Shown one piece after another: positions 61,574 to 64,000 of a DNA stretch of 64,000 nucleotides. Position 1 is the first letter of the stretch. Each line of letters begins with the position of its first letter. The notes under the pieces are model-generated. The model saw nothing but the letters and a program-made list of their open reading frames with translations. It had not been told where the DNA came from and did not search any database. A program made the position numbers and the translations under genes. The stretch spans positions 17,360,001 to 17,424,000 of the forward strand of contig NC_086097.1 in assembly GCF_963921235.1 (NCBI RefSeq), in the 5' to 3' direction. The DNA is from Mobula hypostoma. Lineage: Eukaryota.

Positions 61574-61800
61574 GCGCTGTAGCGTAGTAGGCATAATGCT
61601 ATCACAGCACCAGCTGTAAGATCGGGGTTCAATTCCCACAGTTGTCTGTAAGGAATTTCCTCTCACATTCCAAAGATATCTGAGCTAGGGTTAGTAAGTT
61701 GTGGGCATACTATGTTGGCACTGGAAGGCCCAACAAAATCTTTCACTGCATGTTTCAATGCACATGTGACAAATAAAGCTCATCTTTAAGATCTTTCTTT
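61574..61800 (+). mobile_element. tRNA-derived SINE
   Basis: A-box-like tagcgtagtagg (61580-61591), B-box ggttcaattcc (61626-61636), LINE-type tail gtgacaaataaagctcatct. Confidence 0.75.
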
Positions 61801-62034
61801 ATCTTTGATGTACTTGAAATAATTGTGACAAACACTGCCAGCTCCCTCTGGTGTTGCAATGTTAACTTTAGTTAGGAAAACCAATACAATCTGGAAGTGA
61901 AATAAAAATGGAAAGATTTGCATAATGCACAGATAAATCCGTAACAACAGATCACAATCACCGCACGAGTAACTCAAGGAAGAAAAGCTAAATGAACAAG
62001 CATTCAGTTAATGGCTAAATGTTTATTTCAAGGC

Positions 62035-62950
62035 TGAAAAGTTTAAAGTATATTTATTATCAAAGCCATTCATATACTACACTGAGATTCATTTTCCTGC
62101 AGGCATTCACAGTAGAACAAAGAAATACGATAGAATCTCTGATACTTCTTTGAAACCTTTGCAAGTAAATTACCAAGATTGGAGAACAACTCAACCCACC
62201 TGAGCTACACACCTTCTGAATTATTTCCAACAATAAAAAAACTACACACAAAGACTGACAAGCAACTAATGTATAAAAGAAGACAAACTATTCAAATGCA
62301 ATAATAATAATAATAATAAGTACATAAATAATACTGAGAAATTGACTTGTAATGTCATTGAAAGCAAGTTCATAGATTGTGTTCAGTATTGTGGTGTGTG
62401 AAGATGTCCACCCCGGTTCAGAAGCCTAATAGTTGAAGGGTAATAACTGTTCCTGGAAATGGTGGTGTGGGACCTAAGGCACCTATACCTCCTTACCAAT
62501 GACAGCAGTGAGAAGAGAACATAGCCTGGATGGTGGGAGTCCTTGATAATGGAAGCTGACTTCTTGTGGCAGAGCTCATTGTAGATGTGCTCAACAGTGG
62601 AAAGGGTTTTTTTCCTATGATGTACTAGGATGTATCCACCACCTTTTGTAGGCTTTTCCATTCTTGGGCATCGGTGTTTCCATACCAGGTCATGATGCAA
62701 CCAGTCAGGATACTTTCTGTAGAAGTTTGTCAAAGTTTTAGATTATATACCAAATCTGTGCAAACTTCTAAGAAAATAGAGGCATTGTTGTACTGTACCT
62801 TCTTTGAAATAACACTTACATGCTGGTCCCAGGAAAGCTCCTCTGATAAAATAACACCAATGGATTTAAAGTTACTGACTCTCTTCAACTCTGATTTCCC
62901 AATAAGTTCTGGCTCATGGACCTCCAGCATTTTTCATCTGTACTCAATAA
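62035..62950 (-). mobile_element. Rex1/Babar-type LINE 3' end
   Basis: FKSIGVILSEELSWDQH; IIKDSHHPG...RRYRCLRSHTT...NSYYPSTIRLLN. Confidence 0.85.
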
Positions 62951-63208
62951 TCTTTCGTTTTGCTGAGATTGTCTACTTGATACCCTTTGGATCTTGCAAT
63001 AATCTTCCATCTCCCAACAGCATGTACTCCCTCCTCCCACAATCCCATATCTGCCTCATCCATCAGCTAGTGGTAGCTATCTAGGTCTCCTCCTGCACTG
63101 ACTTATAAACTACACAATCAGTGAACATTTGGTACTTGCTGCTCATGTTACCCAAAACCTCAACAACAAAGCTATTTGCATAAATACATGGATAAGAAAG
63201 GTTTAGAG

Positions 63209-63274
63209 AAATGGTTTCCAACCGTTTTTATGCCATGGACCCTTACCATTAACCAAGGCGTCTGTGAACTCCTG
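63209..63274. mobile_element. Second copy of hAT/Charlie-like MITE (inverted, internally deleted)
   Basis: tttttatgccatggac...taccattaacc matches the reverse complement of 51484-51512; 8-bp flanks gtttagag / gtttagaa. Confidence 0.75.
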
Positions 63275-63635
63275 GTTTAGAATGGTATATGTCAAACACG
63301 AGCAAATAGGTGTAAACTGGTGGACACCATGGTCAGCATAGATAAGTTGGGCCAAAAGGCCTGTTTTTAAGCTACATAGCTCTGTGACTCTGAAACTCAT
63401 GTCTAAAAGTGACCACTTGCTCTTGATTTGCACACCACAATCATTCATCATATCACCACAATATTTTAGCTCCACGTAATCTGGAGTAAAAATGTTCTAT
63501 ACAGTCAATTTATTGTTGGCACATAAGGTGTAGAATTATTCACTTTAATTTCCATGCTTTAAGAAATCTTTATTGTGCAATAAAACTGTACAGGATACAA
63601 TCTTTTACATTGACACATGCAAGCACACTGCAATT

Positions 63636-64000
63636 CATAGAACATAGAACAATACAGCACTGGATAGGCCAATCAGCCCACGGTGTTGTGCCTTTCTCAT
63701 TGCCAATTCATTCTGAATGTCTTCCTCCTGTATATCACCCATATCCCTCCATTCCCTTCATGCTTAGGTGTCTCTCTAAAAGCCACTGAAACTCCACCAA
63801 ACTGACTGCATCCACTATCACCCTGGAAACCAATTCCAGGCATCTACTGCTATTGGTGTTAAAAAAAAACTTGCCCCTTACATTGGTTTTAAACTTCCCC
63901 TCTCTAACTGTAAAACCATGTCCTCTTGTGCTTGACTTTTCTACTCTGGGGAAAGGATTCCAACTGGAGTTGGCTGATTTGTGATGCCTGCCTCTATTAT
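63636..64000 (-). mobile_element. CR1 3' end
   Basis: catagaacatagaac tail and typical CR1 3' UTR. Confidence 0.8.

Noticed and set aside
61057..61587. 176-aa ORF as a host gene
   Set aside because: Non-ATG start, AT-rich low-information peptide, no recognisable motif, and it runs into a SINE.
61574..61640. tRNA gene
   Set aside because: It has A/B boxes but no convincing cloverleaf, and it continues into a SINE body and LINE-type tail.

Overview
This is eukaryotic (vertebrate) DNA, not prokaryotic. The repeat families resemble those of cartilaginous fishes, probably a ray; this is inferred from family content only. By my manual tally about 70% of the window is decayed retroelements, often nested. 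These include many CR1 LINE copies (one near-full-length copy split by three later insertions), Rex1/Babar-type LINE fragments, an L1-clade fragment, an L2 3' end, Penelope-like elements (GIY-YIG), three Gypsy LTR elements, one solo LTR, tRNA-derived SINEs, ORF-less LINE-derived elements and a tiny hAT MITE. I could not identify any intact host gene, and nearly all ORFs in the track are transposon debris or antisense shadows. The most interesting signals are RNA-structural. First, a complete Gypsy element (6003-10478, 5-bp TSD) has no tRNA primer-binding site; that position holds a 15-nt complement of its own LTR, which suggests self-priming or poly(A)-signal masking. The same element has a YLDN RT motif and a hairpin over its PPT. 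Second, a Penelope tail family carries minimal hammerhead ribozymes. It also forms fold-back insertions, and in one of these the symmetry axis falls exactly on the predicted cleavage site. I found no evidence of CRISPR, rRNA, tRNA genes or operons.
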